A program made the position numbers and the translations under genes. DNA of 64,000 nt from a bacterium (lineage in GTDB: Bacteria > UBA8248), in NCBI GenBank assembly GCA_965199855.1, contig OZ241326.1:1920001-1984000 (forward strand), given 5' to 3'. Every line of letters starts with the position of its first letter. The stretch's first letter is position 1. The notes under the pieces were generated by a model that was not told where the DNA came from, ran no database searches, and saw only the letters and a program-made list of their open reading frames with translations. Shown here piece by piece: positions 1-9,896 of this stretch.

Positions 1-582
1 ATGGATGCCGCCGTGAGCGGCGGGGTGCAGGGGGCGCGGGAGGGAACCCTCACGCTGATGGTGGGCGGCGGCGAGGCGGGCTTCGAGAGGCTCAAGCCCC
101 TGCTCGCGCATTTCGGAAAGAACATATTTCATTGCGGCCCGTCGGGCATGGGCATGCTGTTCAAGGTGGTGAACAACATGCTCTCCCACGTGAACCTGGC
201 GGCGCTGGCGGAAGCCATGGCCCTGGGCGTCTCGGCGGGCGCCGACCCCGATCTGCTCTGCGAAGTCATCGGCGTTAGCTCGGGCCGAAGCCGCCAGGTT
301 GAGGACAGACTGAGAAAGCACATCCTGCCGGGGGAATTCACCCCGGGGATGACGACGGATCTCGCGACGAAAGATTCTGATTTGTGCCTCGAGCTGGCGC
401 GCGAACTGCGGGTTCCCACCTTCCTCGCCAGCGCGTCGCATCACGTCTATGAAATGGCGATTCAGAAAGGATACGGGGCGGAGGAATACGCCTCGCTCAT
501 CAAGCTCTGGGAAGAATGGCTGGGCATCGAGGTGCGCTCCCGAAAGGCGAAGCGAGGCGCCCCGGGCGAAGGCGCTGAATGA
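1..582 (+). CDS. NAD(P)-dependent beta-hydroxyacid dehydrogenase (3-hydroxyisobutyrate/tartronate semialdehyde reductase family), 5'-truncated by window edge
   Basis: DAAVSGG (DAPVSGG motif), GTLTLMVGG, catalytic KVVNN; the N-terminal Rossmann motif lies outside the window. Confidence 0.88.
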   Translation: MDAAVSGGVQGAREGTLTLMVGGGEAGFERLKPLLAHFGKNIFHCGPSGMGMLFKVVNNMLSHVNLAALAEAMALGVSAGADPDLLCEVIGVSSGRSRQVEDRLRKHILPGEFTPGMTTDLATKDSDLCLELARELRVPTFLASASHHVYEMAIQKGYGAEEYASLIKLWEEWLGIEVRSRKAKRGAPGEGAE

Positions 583-700
583 TGGACAGGCCGGCTCGCC
601 CCGCTCACCGGTGCGCGGAATTTTCAAAAAGCGCGCGGAAGAACAGTTTCGCGGGCTCCGGCCTCCGCCTCCCTCATTCGCCCGCGCGGGGGACGCCCTC

Positions 701-1255
701 GTGAGCCCGGCGGAAATGTTCGACGAGGCCTTTCGCTCGGCTTTCGAGGACAGAAGAAGCCTGATCGCCTTCCTCGAGGGAATCGACCCCGCCCACGTGG
801 ACTGGCGCCCGCCCGACGGCGAGTGGTCGCTGCGCGAGAACCTCGAGCACATCGTTTTGACGGACAATTATCTCGCGCGCTTCTTCGAGAAGAGGCTTGC
901 CGAGGCGGTCGAGTCCGGCGCGTGGGATACGGCGCCGGAGAACCCGCAGAAGATGAGCCGGGAGGCGCTCCGGCGCAGGGAGCAGGGCGTCGTTCCGGCT
1001 CCTGATTTTCTCCTTCCCAGAGGAGAGGGCGAATTCGGGGAGATGACAACGACGCTCCTGCCCAAAAGAGAGGCGATCCACCGCGCGATGCTTCCCCACC
1101 GGAACACCGACATGAGCCGTTGCGTGCACGCGCATTTTCGCTACGGCGACCTCAACATCTACGACCGCATCGTCTATTCAGGGACGCACGACTACCTGCA
1201 TCAGGATCAGATGACGCGCGTCATCCGCGCCCCGGGCTATCCCGGAAGCGAATGA
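701..1255 (+). CDS. DinB/YfiT-family protein
   Basis: WRPPDGEWSLRENLEHI and C-terminal HDYLHQDQ His ligands; start placed at GTG 701 (ATG 716 alternative) rather than ORF start 449. Confidence 0.8.
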   Translation: MSPAEMFDEAFRSAFEDRRSLIAFLEGIDPAHVDWRPPDGEWSLRENLEHIVLTDNYLARFFEKRLAEAVESGAWDTAPENPQKMSREALRRREQGVVPAPDFLLPRGEGEFGEMTTTLLPKREAIHRAMLPHRNTDMSRCVHAHFRYGDLNIYDRIVYSGTHDYLHQDQMTRVIRAPGYPGSE

Positions 1256-1368
1256 CGGCTCTGAATTATCTCCTCGCGTAAAAAAACCGCCCACGAACGA
1301 TCTGGCTATGATGGGGGGTGCTCCCCGAGGGTTAGGAGAGGCTCCGCCCGTTCCCCGAAGGCGCGGAT

Positions 1369-1602
1369 GAATTTCTGCGAAATTCGACAAAAACAGACAA
1401 ATTCACGACCTTTTCAGACAAATTCACAGCTTTTTTCCGTCCCTTTGACACCGCATTGACACCCCTGTTTGTTCCCCAATTCGATCGGCTCGCCTCCCCG
1501 TGGGCGCGCCTCTCCCTCCGGGGGCGCAGCTTTCGCGCATCAGGAATATACCCCGACCCGGCCACTCCTCCTCATCCGCAAATGCGGGCAAATGCGCGCG
1601 AG
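1369..1602 (+). repeat. ~240-bp intergenic element, copy 1 (diverged inverted copy at 11913-12135)
   Basis: Ordered shared blocks GAATTTCYGCRAAATTCGACAAA, AGACAAATTCACAGCT, TTTGACA, CGCATCAGRAATATAYCCCG, CCGCAAATGCGGGC, GCAAATGCGCGCGAG. Confidence 0.75.
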
Positions 1603-1704
1603 GCTCCTCCGTGGAGCATTTCCAGGGCGCGATTTTCGGGGAAAATATCTCTTGCGTTGATTTCGGCGTTGATCTTTACGCGGGATTTCATACAGAAGGA
1701 AGCA

Positions 1705-3567
1705 TCACGAGGCGCCTTCTTCTTTCCTCTCCTCCTTCTTCCAGCTTTTCAACGCAGTGGGGAGCTTGTCCTCATTGAATTTCTTTTTCATGCGGTAGAT
1801 TTTTCCGCCCGCCCGCACATACAGAAATTCCGAGCCTTCCTTGCGCGCGAAGGTGAACGGCCCCCATTTCTCATGGCGGATGTCCTTGCCCGAAAGCTCG
1901 ACGATGAAGTCCTTGAAATCCGGCGCCTCGCCCGGCGTCGCCTCCCCCTCTTTCTCGAAATCCCTGAGCGCGCTCACCAGGTCGTCCACGCTGCCGGATT
2001 CGGCCTTCCCGCGCTTCGGGGAAAGGAATCGCCATTTCTCGCCAAAGCGCTCGAGCCGCATGGAGGATTCGTCCGGGAATCGCGCCGCAACTTCCGTGAT
2101 TTCCTCGTCTTTTCCATACGCGAGCAGACGCCGTTCGCTCAGGAAGTAAGGCGTTTGGGTGATCTTGTCATAATCCTCTTTCTTGATGGCGAATATCCGC
2201 TTTTCTCCCTGGATGCGGCCATACGCCCTCTTCCTGTCGTCTAAAAATTTCCCGATGATGAAGGCTTTTTTCTCAAGCGGCCCATCCTTTTTCTTTCTGA
2301 GCCACAAGGCGTAGCGAAGCGGCGCGCCCTCGCCTTCCTTGCGCGTCAGGGCGTATTTCGCCAAATCCGTTCCGGGGGCGTCCACATATTCTATCGAGTT
2401 GATCCACTTGATGTCCCACAAGAGATCATCCACGTGCTTATGGCGGCCAATCAGCTTTTTTTGCTTCCCATCCGCCGCGTCGAGGAGGATATCCCATTTC
2501 TTCTTCGACCGTCGGAGAATGTCGAATTTTCGGGAGTTCGACTCGACCAGGAGGCGGGCGACGTGATCGACGTCATAATCGATGACGCTCTTGTGCCGGA
2601 GAGAGAATACGGATTTGGGCAACTCCTTGAACGTCTTCTCGTTGATCAGCATCACGGGGCCGCCAGAGAGCCTCCTGGCGTAATAATAAATTTTGGGCTT
2701 CTTCTTTGGCTCCCTGGGGCCAGGCGCTTCCACTTTCTTGTTCCCCAGAACAACTCCATCTTCCGCCTTCTCGGCGTCTCCGGTGAAGATGCGCACCGTG
2801 ATTCGGGGCTTGTCCAGGCCGTAAGGGGCGAGGTCTTTGGGCTTTTCCTCAACGAATCTCTGCGCCTTGTCCCATCGCAGGGTGGATACGATGCCCTCGG
2901 AGTCGACGGCGTCGGCCCTGTCCTTGATGGGCTTCGCCAATGCCCATTCATCCTTGCCCCTTCGGACGACGGTAAAGCCGCCGCCCCCTTGGGGTTCGAC
3001 AATCACCTTGCTGGCGCGTTCCGGCATGACGGGGACGATCGACCTGTCCCGAATGCTGAACACCGTTTTGTCGAATTTGCCGATGTCGGAAAGCTGGAGG
3101 GTGAAAATTCCGGGGGCTTTCGCCAGGGCGGCATAGCGAAATTCGCGCGTCGGAGTCCTGTCTCCGATATGAACGGAAACATCTTCTTTGTTCTTCAGCC
3201 CGAACGTAATTTTCATGCCGGGCTTGTCCATCCCGAACTCCGAGCGGTCTTTTACGCTCCCGATCCGCCGGCGCTCCCTGAGCTCGGCCGCCGCCTTCAA
3301 AAGCTTTTCGGCTTCCTCGTCGTCGACGGCGGCGTCCATCGGCTTGACGAAGCGCCACCCCTTCTCCGTCCAGATAATCTGGTAGGGCTCCGCATCTCTT
3401 GACACGTCGATGCGAATGAGCGCTTTTTCGTCAATCCCCTTGAGGAGCTTGACCTTTCGCTCTTCCTCGGCCTGTTTTTCAGCAGCCCACTTCACGTCAT
3501 AGACGTAATAGGCGCCGCCGATGAGCGCGAGAACGAGAAGCAGCAAGAGGTTTTTCTTGGGGTTCAC
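1705..3567 (-). CDS. DUF4340 domain-containing protein (N-terminal membrane anchor, repeated domains)
   Basis: N-terminal TM; repeated W-x3-P-x4-(A/V)D and L-x2-YGL-x2-P motifs; last gene of Gld-like ABC operon. Confidence 0.8.
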   Translation of the reverse strand: MNPKKNLLLLLVLALIGGAYYVYDVKWAAEKQAEEERKVKLLKGIDEKALIRIDVSRDAEPYQIIWTEKGWRFVKPMDAAVDDEEAEKLLKAAAELRERRRIGSVKDRSEFGMDKPGMKITFGLKNKEDVSVHIGDRTPTREFRYAALAKAPGIFTLQLSDIGKFDKTVFSIRDRSIVPVMPERASKVIVEPQGGGGFTVVRRGKDEWALAKPIKDRADAVDSEGIVSTLRWDKAQRFVEEKPKDLAPYGLDKPRITVRIFTGDAEKAEDGVVLGNKKVEAPGPREPKKKPKIYYYARRLSGGPVMLINEKTFKELPKSVFSLRHKSVIDYDVDHVARLLVESNSRKFDILRRSKKKWDILLDAADGKQKKLIGRHKHVDDLLWDIKWINSIEYVDAPGTDLAKYALTRKEGEGAPLRYALWLRKKKDGPLEKKAFIIGKFLDDRKRAYGRIQGEKRIFAIKKEDYDKITQTPYFLSERRLLAYGKDEEITEVAARFPDESSMRLERFGEKWRFLSPKRGKAESGSVDDLVSALRDFEKEGEATPGEAPDFKDFIVELSGKDIRHEKWGPFTFARKEGSEFLYVRAGGKIYRMKKKFNEDKLPTALKSWKKEERKEEGAS

Positions 3568-6098
3568 CGCAGTTGCCTTCTCCTGACGTAGACGGCGGCT
3601 CCGGCGAAAACGATGAACAGGGGCATCACCCAGACGGTGAACAGATGCACGAACCGGCCCTCTCCTCCAGCGAGCAGGAGAGGCTCGCCCGCGCGGCTTT
3701 TGGGGCGGATGGTGATCAGGTCTTTTTCACCGCCGAGCCAGTTCACGGCGTTGAATATGAGATTCGCGTTGCCCTGGGCGCCGATGAAGGCGTCGCTCGC
3801 GAAGTCGGCGTCTCCGAATACGACGATTCTCGCCTCGTTTTTGCCGCTGTCTTTCTCGTCGGGCGCAGCCGCCTTCGAGTCGTCTTGCTCTCCCTGCCCT
3901 TGCGAGAGTTTGTATAGATCCAGCGCGACGGTGACGGCGGCGCCCAGGGGAACGGGGCCTTCTTTTTTGGTTTTCGGATCGAAGGCGAGCTCGCCGTCCT
4001 TGAGGGATACGCCCTCGACGGTGAAGCTCCCCGCGCCCGTCTTCACCAGATCCTCGGAGTGCAGCCCCGCTTTTGGGTTCCCTGCGGCGGACACATGCCG
4101 CGCCGTAGGAAACACCGTCGCCAAACCCTTTAACTGCCTGGTGATGTCATGCAGTCCATAGTTCACGGCGAACGGGGTAATTTCGTTTCCGCCGGCCAGA
4201 GCGAAGCGCACCGACTGGGGATCGATGACGAAAGACGGGGGGAGTTTGAAGCCGTATTTCTCCAAAAGCGCGATCAAGCGGCCGCGCTTCGCATCGGGCT
4301 CCAGGAATACGAGAAGCTTGCCGCCGGCTTTGATGTAGTCATCAATATATCCGGCTTCGACTTCTTCCAGGTCTTTTTGGGGCGCCGCGATGATGAGCAG
4401 ATTCGTGTTTTCCGGCACGCCATTTTTCCTCAGCAGGAGAAGCTCGTCCACCTGGTAGTTGTCGTCTCTCATGCCGATGGCCAGCGTTTTCATCACCTCG
4501 CGCCCTTGCCCGGCGAAGAGCCGTTCGCCGTGACCCGTGAGGTAATACACCCGTTTTTGTTCGGTCTGAATGGTTTTCAGTATCGCATTGGCGACCGCGT
4601 TTTCCGAAAGATCGAATATCTTTTCCGAGCGGAACGTTTTTTGCTCCTTTTTGTCCCCGGAAGCGGACTTGCTCATCTTTTCGATTTCTTTTTTGCTGAA
4701 ATGGTGAATCACGACCAGCGTGCCGTATGCGTCTACGTCATACTTTTTGGCGGTGCGCGGAGAGGCGTCCAGGTCAAGGAAGCGGAAGGCGACCTGCTTC
4801 GACGCCTGCGCGTATTGCTCCAGAATCTCCTTTATCGCAGGCTGCTCGAGCTTGCGCGTGAAGGCGATGATTTCGATGCGCCTTTTTTCCCTGTCGAGCC
4901 TGCTCAGCAGGTTTCTCGTTTTCCCGGAGAGGCTGAAGAAGTTGCCCGGCGTGACGTCCCACCGCTTGAAGTGCTTTACGCTCGCGAGTTCAACGACGAC
5001 CAGAATGGCCGCGACTACGAGTATCATCAGGGCGACCTGCAGGCCCGTGCGCGTGGATTGCAGCCTCATTCCGCCCTGGAGTTTGCCGCGGGAAATCCAC
5101 ATCGTATAGGCGAAGCAGACGACGCCCAGCGCGATGGTCGCGTAAGCCCACCTCGGAGGCGGTGAGAACTGATCGCCGCCGGCCCAGCCGGAGATCCCGA
5201 TCAGCAGCAAAACGGCGGAGACGATGAACAAATAAAGGCTTTTGTTTCCCCATTCCCTCGCCTCTCCGCCTCCGGCGTTCGAGAGGGCGGATCGCCCCGC
5301 CGGCTCGTTCGTCGTCGAGACGACTTCCTTCCATCTGTAGTATTCAAGGGATCTGAGAACCAGGAAGCCGCACAATATATTGACGTTCAGAAGATACACT
5401 ATATCGCGCGTATCAATGACGCCCCGTATGAAATTTCGCAGGTGCATTCCCAATGAAAGATGCCGGAGAATATCGGACAACGGAGCGCTGGCCGATGCCG
5501 CGAGAAAATCCATCAGAAAAGTCGCGAGAAGCACCATGAAAGCGACCATGGCCGCGACGATCTGGTTCGACGTCCAGGAACTCGCCAGCAAGCCGACCGA
5601 GAGGAACGCCGCGCCCGTCAGCAGCATTCCGAGATAGGCGGAGGAGACGACGCTCCATTCCACCTTGACGAAAGCGGAGAGGATGACGGGATAGACGAGC
5701 GTGATCGCCAGCATCACCAGATAGGCGGACAAGACGGAGAGATATTTTCCGGCGAACATCTGCCCGCTGCGCAGCGGAAAGGTGAGCATCAGCTCCATCG
5801 TCCCCTGCTTCTTCTCTTCGCTGAAAAGGCGCATCGTGAGCAGCGGCGCCACGAACAGGAGGATGACCGTGACGCTCGAGAATACCGGCTCGAGGACGGA
5901 GGAAGTAGGCGTGATGTTGTATTGCGCCGCGGCCCTGGGGTTTCTGGCCAACTGCATGGAAACGGCGGCGTAGGTCAGGAACGCGCCAGAGTAGAATATG
6001 CCCATCAACACCGTCCATGCCGCAAGAGTCACGTAGGCGATGGGCGAGAAAAAGAACGAGGTGAGCTCGCGGCGGCATATCCAATAGGCATTAAGCAT
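3564..6098 (-). CDS. Fused ABC-2 permease (GldF-like) + GldG-family auxiliary component
   Basis: N-half RRELTSFFFSPIAY, PLLTMRLFSEEKKQGTMEL; C-half VYYLTGHGE, LIIAAPQKDL, RIVVFGDADF, NAVNWL; ATG 6098 overlaps upstream stop. Confidence 0.85.
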   Translation of the reverse strand: MLNAYWICRRELTSFFFSPIAYVTLAAWTVLMGIFYSGAFLTYAAVSMQLARNPRAAAQYNITPTSSVLEPVFSSVTVILLFVAPLLTMRLFSEEKKQGTMELMLTFPLRSGQMFAGKYLSVLSAYLVMLAITLVYPVILSAFVKVEWSVVSSAYLGMLLTGAAFLSVGLLASSWTSNQIVAAMVAFMVLLATFLMDFLAASASAPLSDILRHLSLGMHLRNFIRGVIDTRDIVYLLNVNILCGFLVLRSLEYYRWKEVVSTTNEPAGRSALSNAGGGEAREWGNKSLYLFIVSAVLLLIGISGWAGGDQFSPPPRWAYATIALGVVCFAYTMWISRGKLQGGMRLQSTRTGLQVALMILVVAAILVVVELASVKHFKRWDVTPGNFFSLSGKTRNLLSRLDREKRRIEIIAFTRKLEQPAIKEILEQYAQASKQVAFRFLDLDASPRTAKKYDVDAYGTLVVIHHFSKKEIEKMSKSASGDKKEQKTFRSEKIFDLSENAVANAILKTIQTEQKRVYYLTGHGERLFAGQGREVMKTLAIGMRDDNYQVDELLLLRKNGVPENTNLLIIAAPQKDLEEVEAGYIDDYIKAGGKLLVFLEPDAKRGRLIALLEKYGFKLPPSFVIDPQSVRFALAGGNEITPFAVNYGLHDITRQLKGLATVFPTARHVSAAGNPKAGLHSEDLVKTGAGSFTVEGVSLKDGELAFDPKTKKEGPVPLGAAVTVALDLYKLSQGQGEQDDSKAAAPDEKDSGKNEARIVVFGDADFASDAFIGAQGNANLIFNAVNWLGGEKDLITIRPKSRAGEPLLLAGGEGRFVHLFTVWVMPLFIVFAGAAVYVRRRQLR

Positions 6099-7059
6099 TT
6101 GCCATTTCCTCATCAATTTGCCTGGATTCGCCGCTGACGATGCGAACGAAGACATCCTCCAGCGTGAGCCGCATCTGCCGGAGCTCGGTGAGTTTCCCTC
6201 CCGACGCGGATACGGCGTCCGCGAGATCGGAGCGAATGTCGTCCCCGCCTTTCGCGTGAACCTCGAAATGCGCCTCTTCTCCCGTGGATGCGCCGAGCAA
6301 TTCCACGCGCTCCACTCCGGATACCGCCTTCATCCCGGCGGACAGGGCGTCCGCGCCCCCGATGGCCGAAACGCGGATGGTCGAATCCGCCTGCATGTTC
6401 GCCGCCAGCGTATCAAGCGCGCCCTCGGCCGCTATTTTGCCCTGGTGGACGATGACGACGCGGTCGCAGACCATGTTGACTTCCGGCAGGATGTGCGTGC
6501 TCAGGATGAGGGTTCGGTTTCCCTTGAGCTCCGAGATCAAGTTCCTGATTTCCACGATCTGGGCCGGATCGAGGCCCGAGGTAGGCTCATCGAGAATCAG
6601 GACGGGCGGATCGTTCACCATGGCTTGCGCCAGACCGACGCGCTGACGATACCCCTTGGAGAGATGGCCGATGACGCGGTGAGAGACATCCTCCAGGCCG
6701 CAATTTCCGATGACCTTGCGGATGCCGGCGTCTTTCTCGGCGCCGCTCATGCCCTTCATGGACGCCACGAAATTCAAATAGGACTTTACGGTCATCTCCG
6801 GATAGAGAGGGTTGTTTTCGGGCAAATATCCCAGGCGTCTTTGCGCCTCCAGCGGCTCTTTCGACACGGCGAAATCCGCCACCCATGCCGAGCCGGAATT
6901 CGGGGGCATATAGCCCGTCAGAATCCGCATGGTCGTGGATTTTCCGGCGCCGTTCGGCCCAAGAAATCCCAACACCTCGCCCGCTTCGACGTGAAACGAT
7001 ACGTCCACGATGCCTCGAAGGCCGCCGTAATACTTCGTGAGGTTCTCAACCCGTATCAA
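6091..7059 (-). CDS. ABC transporter ATP-binding protein (GldA-like)
   Basis: Walker A GPNGAGKST, signature LSKGYRQR, Walker B LILDEPT. Confidence 0.93.
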   Translation of the reverse strand: MIRVENLTKYYGGLRGIVDVSFHVEAGEVLGFLGPNGAGKSTTMRILTGYMPPNSGSAWVADFAVSKEPLEAQRRLGYLPENNPLYPEMTVKSYLNFVASMKGMSGAEKDAGIRKVIGNCGLEDVSHRVIGHLSKGYRQRVGLAQAMVNDPPVLILDEPTSGLDPAQIVEIRNLISELKGNRTLILSTHILPEVNMVCDRVVIVHQGKIAAEGALDTLAANMQADSTIRVSAIGGADALSAGMKAVSGVERVELLGASTGEEAHFEVHAKGGDDIRSDLADAVSASGGKLTELRQMRLTLEDVFVRIVSGESRQIDEEMANA

Positions 7060-7197
7060 CGAAAAACTCCTTGAAAAGCTCGCGCCGCGTCATTCGCCGG
7101 CGTCCAGGCCGTTCCCGTCTCCCGATATGTCGAGTCGCCGAACCATTTGTCTGATTGAAGTATCCACGAACTGCGGAGACGGCTTTAGAAGACGAAT

Positions 7198-7225
7198 AAT
7201 CAATCCGTTATGTATCAATACCTTG
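7198..7225 (+). promoter_or_regulatory. Two tandem IHF-consensus matches
   Basis: AATCAATCCGTTA (7198-7210) and TATCAATACCTTG (7213-7225) both fit WATCAANNNNTTR, upstream of the ABC operon. Confidence 0.4.
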
Positions 7226-7340
7226 GCGCTCAATAAATTCGGAGCGCCAAGCGAAAAAATAATCACTTGCCTTTTTTTTGTCAACCAGGTCCGATGATAT
7301 TTCTTCATCATCCTTCCGGGCGAGCGAAGCGCCGGGGACA

Positions 7341-8345
7341 TCAGTTTTTCGCTCGCAGGTCGCCGCGCAGAGCCGCCTTCTTCAGGATGTCGGGAACGCT
7401 CAGTATCGCCGGACCATCCAGGCGCAAGGATATTTCTATATCCTCCCCCTTGCGCAGCAGACGCTCCCTCTCTCCATCGAAAGCCAGCGTTCTGTCGTCA
7501 GGAGCCTGATAGCGAACGCTTTCTCCAATCTCGATCGCCTTGTGCTTCTCCACGAACGCCGGGGCAACCAGCCCGGGTCCGATGGGCGCCAAAATGAAAT
7601 GCCCGCCTTTTCTCCTCTCCCCCAGCTGCAGCCACAGTCCCACGGGCTCGCCCGGACTGATGGGGCGCAGACTCGCGCCCAGCGAGGAGAGACCCAGACG
7701 CCCGGGCTCGCTTCTCGTCAGCGCCAGGGAATCGACTCGCCCTATGTCCCAGACGGCGCGTGCGCCGGAGAATGACTCCTTGATAATGGCGATATCCACC
7801 AAGGCGCTTTCAGGGTTGTTCCCGACTTTCACGTGCAGCTGCTTCACTGTCTTTTTCTCGCTCCCATATACTCTCGGGCGAAGGGCGTATAGCCCCGCGG
7901 CCATGCCGGCCACTGTCCCCTCCCACGCGAAGGGAAAGGCGTTGTTCGTTCCGGTGGACAGCGGGGCGAGGGGTATTTTTCCGCATCCCTTGGCGACGGC
8001 GCGGCACGTGCCGTCGCCTCCGAGGACGATGACGCACCGGACGCCCAGCTCGCGAAGCTTCCGGGCCGCCTTCGTGGAATCGGCCGTCTCTCCCCTGGCG
8101 TCAACTTCAAAAAGCTTCGCTCCCGTGGTTTTGCCGTCATGGCGAAAGCCCTCCAGCGCGACGGCGCCCAGGGAGCCCAGGTCGTTGAATATGAATATCT
8201 CCTCCAGTCCCACGGAAGCCAGACCCGCCATCACGCGGCGCAGCATCAAAACCTTCTCGTTGTTGCTGAAAGAACTCGCCAGCGCCACCAGCCTGCGGAT
8301 GTCCTTGCCCGACTGCGGGTTCGCTATCACGCCGACGCTCGCCAC
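7341..8345 (-). CDS. ATP-NAD kinase / AcoX-like protein
   Basis: VGVIANPQSGKDIRRLVA, VLGGDGT, STGTNNAFP, AFDGERE; GTG start after AAGGGAG. Confidence 0.82.
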   Translation of the reverse strand: MASVGVIANPQSGKDIRRLVALASSFSNNEKVLMLRRVMAGLASVGLEEIFIFNDLGSLGAVALEGFRHDGKTTGAKLFEVDARGETADSTKAARKLRELGVRCVIVLGGDGTCRAVAKGCGKIPLAPLSTGTNNAFPFAWEGTVAGMAAGLYALRPRVYGSEKKTVKQLHVKVGNNPESALVDIAIIKESFSGARAVWDIGRVDSLALTRSEPGRLGLSSLGASLRPISPGEPVGLWLQLGERRKGGHFILAPIGPGLVAPAFVEKHKAIEIGESVRYQAPDDRTLAFDGERERLLRKGEDIEISLRLDGPAILSVPDILKKAALRGDLRAKN

Positions 8346-8478
8346 CGCTTCTCCCTTATTCGCGCGTTTCGGGAAAGAAGAATCAGATTCATGTAAAATC
8401 AAGAATATATGGAAAGGATGAAAAGGGCGATGCGCCGCCCATGCGCAGGCCTTCCAATCGGTGAAGCGAGCCGTTGAT

Positions 8479-9828
8479 ATGGAATCCACGCGCCGAAGAT
8501 CGTTGAAGAGGGAGGCGTGCGCCATCTTCCGGGCCGGACTCCGCGCCGTTCACGCCGGCAAAGCCGTTTCCCGATATGTGCAAATCGAGAAAAAACGGGG
8601 CCGGGAAATCCTCGTTTGCGGCAGGCGGAAAATACCCCTTGCCGAAACGGAGCGAATCATCGTCCTGGGCGCGGGAAAAGCGAGTTCGCAAATGGCGCGC
8701 GCACTCGAACGACGCCTTGGAAATCGGATTGCGGGCGGCGCCGTCGTCACCCAATACGGCCACGCGGAAAAGTGCGAGCGCGTCGAAATTCTGGAAGCCT
8801 CGCACCCGGTTCCCGATATGTCCGGCGTGGAAGCCTCAGGAAAGATAGAAGCTTGGGCCGCAGGCGCCCGGGAAGCGGACGTGGTGATCTTCCTGCTCTC
8901 CGGCGGGGGATCCGCCCTGATGCCCGCCCCCGCGCCCGGAATTTCCCTCGAGGACAAGCAATTCGTCACGAATGCCCTGTTGCGGGCGGGCGCTCCCATT
9001 CAGGCGCTTAATTGCGTACGGAAGCATTTATCCGCTCTCAAGGGCGGGAATCTCGCCCGAAAGGTTTTTCCGGCGCAAATGAGCGTCCTCCTCGTCTCCG
9101 ACGTGATTGGCGACCCCCTTGATGTCATCGCTTCCGGCCCCGCCGCCGGCGATTCATCCACGTTCTCCCAGGCCAAAGCGCATCTGCGGCGCTACGGGGG
9201 ACTTCGCCGGATGCCGAAAGCCGTCCGGAAGAGGATAGAAGCGGGCTGCAGGGGCGATATTCCGGACACTCCGGCTCCCGGGAGCGAGATATTCAGGCGC
9301 GTGAGCCACCATGTCGCGGCGAACAACGAAATCGCCCTGCGGGCGGCGCGCCATAAAGCGAAATCGCTGGGCTACGACGTCAGGATACGAACCGGGGCGC
9401 TGAGCGGCGACGCCTGCGGCGCGGGCAGACGGATAGCGGAAGAAGCCAGGAAGATCGCCTACGATTCCCGGAGGAGGCGCTCTCCGATATGCCTGCTGTA
9501 TGGAGGGGAAACGACCGTGCGGGTATCGGGGGACGGTCTGGGAGGCAGATGCCAGGAGCTCGCCCTCGCCTTCGCCATCGAGATTCGCGGCCTCGGAAAC
9601 GTCTGCCTCCTCGCCGCCGGAACCGACGGAAAAGACGGCCCCACGGAAGCGGCGGGCGCGGTCGTCGATGGAAAAACCGCCAAAACAGCAAAAAATTCAA
9701 CGCTTGACCCGAATGCCCGCCTGCGCGATAATGACAGTCATAGTTTTCTCCGTCCCCGAGGAGCCTGCGTGATCACCGGCCCTACCGCAACGAACGTGAT
9801 GGATCTGGTGATTCTCTTGGCGGCCTGA
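8479..9828 (+). CDS. Glycerate 2-kinase / hydroxypyruvate reductase (DUF4147-MOFRL family)
   Basis: GAGKAS, LLSGGGSAL, RKHLSALKGG, IASGP, GGETTV, GTDGKDG, TGPTATNVMD. Confidence 0.92.
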   Translation: MESTRRRSLKREACAIFRAGLRAVHAGKAVSRYVQIEKKRGREILVCGRRKIPLAETERIIVLGAGKASSQMARALERRLGNRIAGGAVVTQYGHAEKCERVEILEASHPVPDMSGVEASGKIEAWAAGAREADVVIFLLSGGGSALMPAPAPGISLEDKQFVTNALLRAGAPIQALNCVRKHLSALKGGNLARKVFPAQMSVLLVSDVIGDPLDVIASGPAAGDSSTFSQAKAHLRRYGGLRRMPKAVRKRIEAGCRGDIPDTPAPGSEIFRRVSHHVAANNEIALRAARHKAKSLGYDVRIRTGALSGDACGAGRRIAEEARKIAYDSRRRRSPICLLYGGETTVRVSGDGLGGRCQELALAFAIEIRGLGNVCLLAAGTDGKDGPTEAAGAVVDGKTAKTAKNSTLDPNARLRDNDSHSFLRPRGACVITGPTATNVMDLVILLAA

Positions 9829-9896
9829 AATTCTCGATTCCCGTTGACGCAGACCGCTCCGCGTTCGCCCGCTTGAAAAGTTCACAGGATGGTTTT

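Noticed and set aside
7189-7218. dif/Xer recombination site
   Set aside because: Only ATAA...TTATGT resembles dif; the spacer is 8 bp and both arms match poorly; IHF-like motifs explain it better
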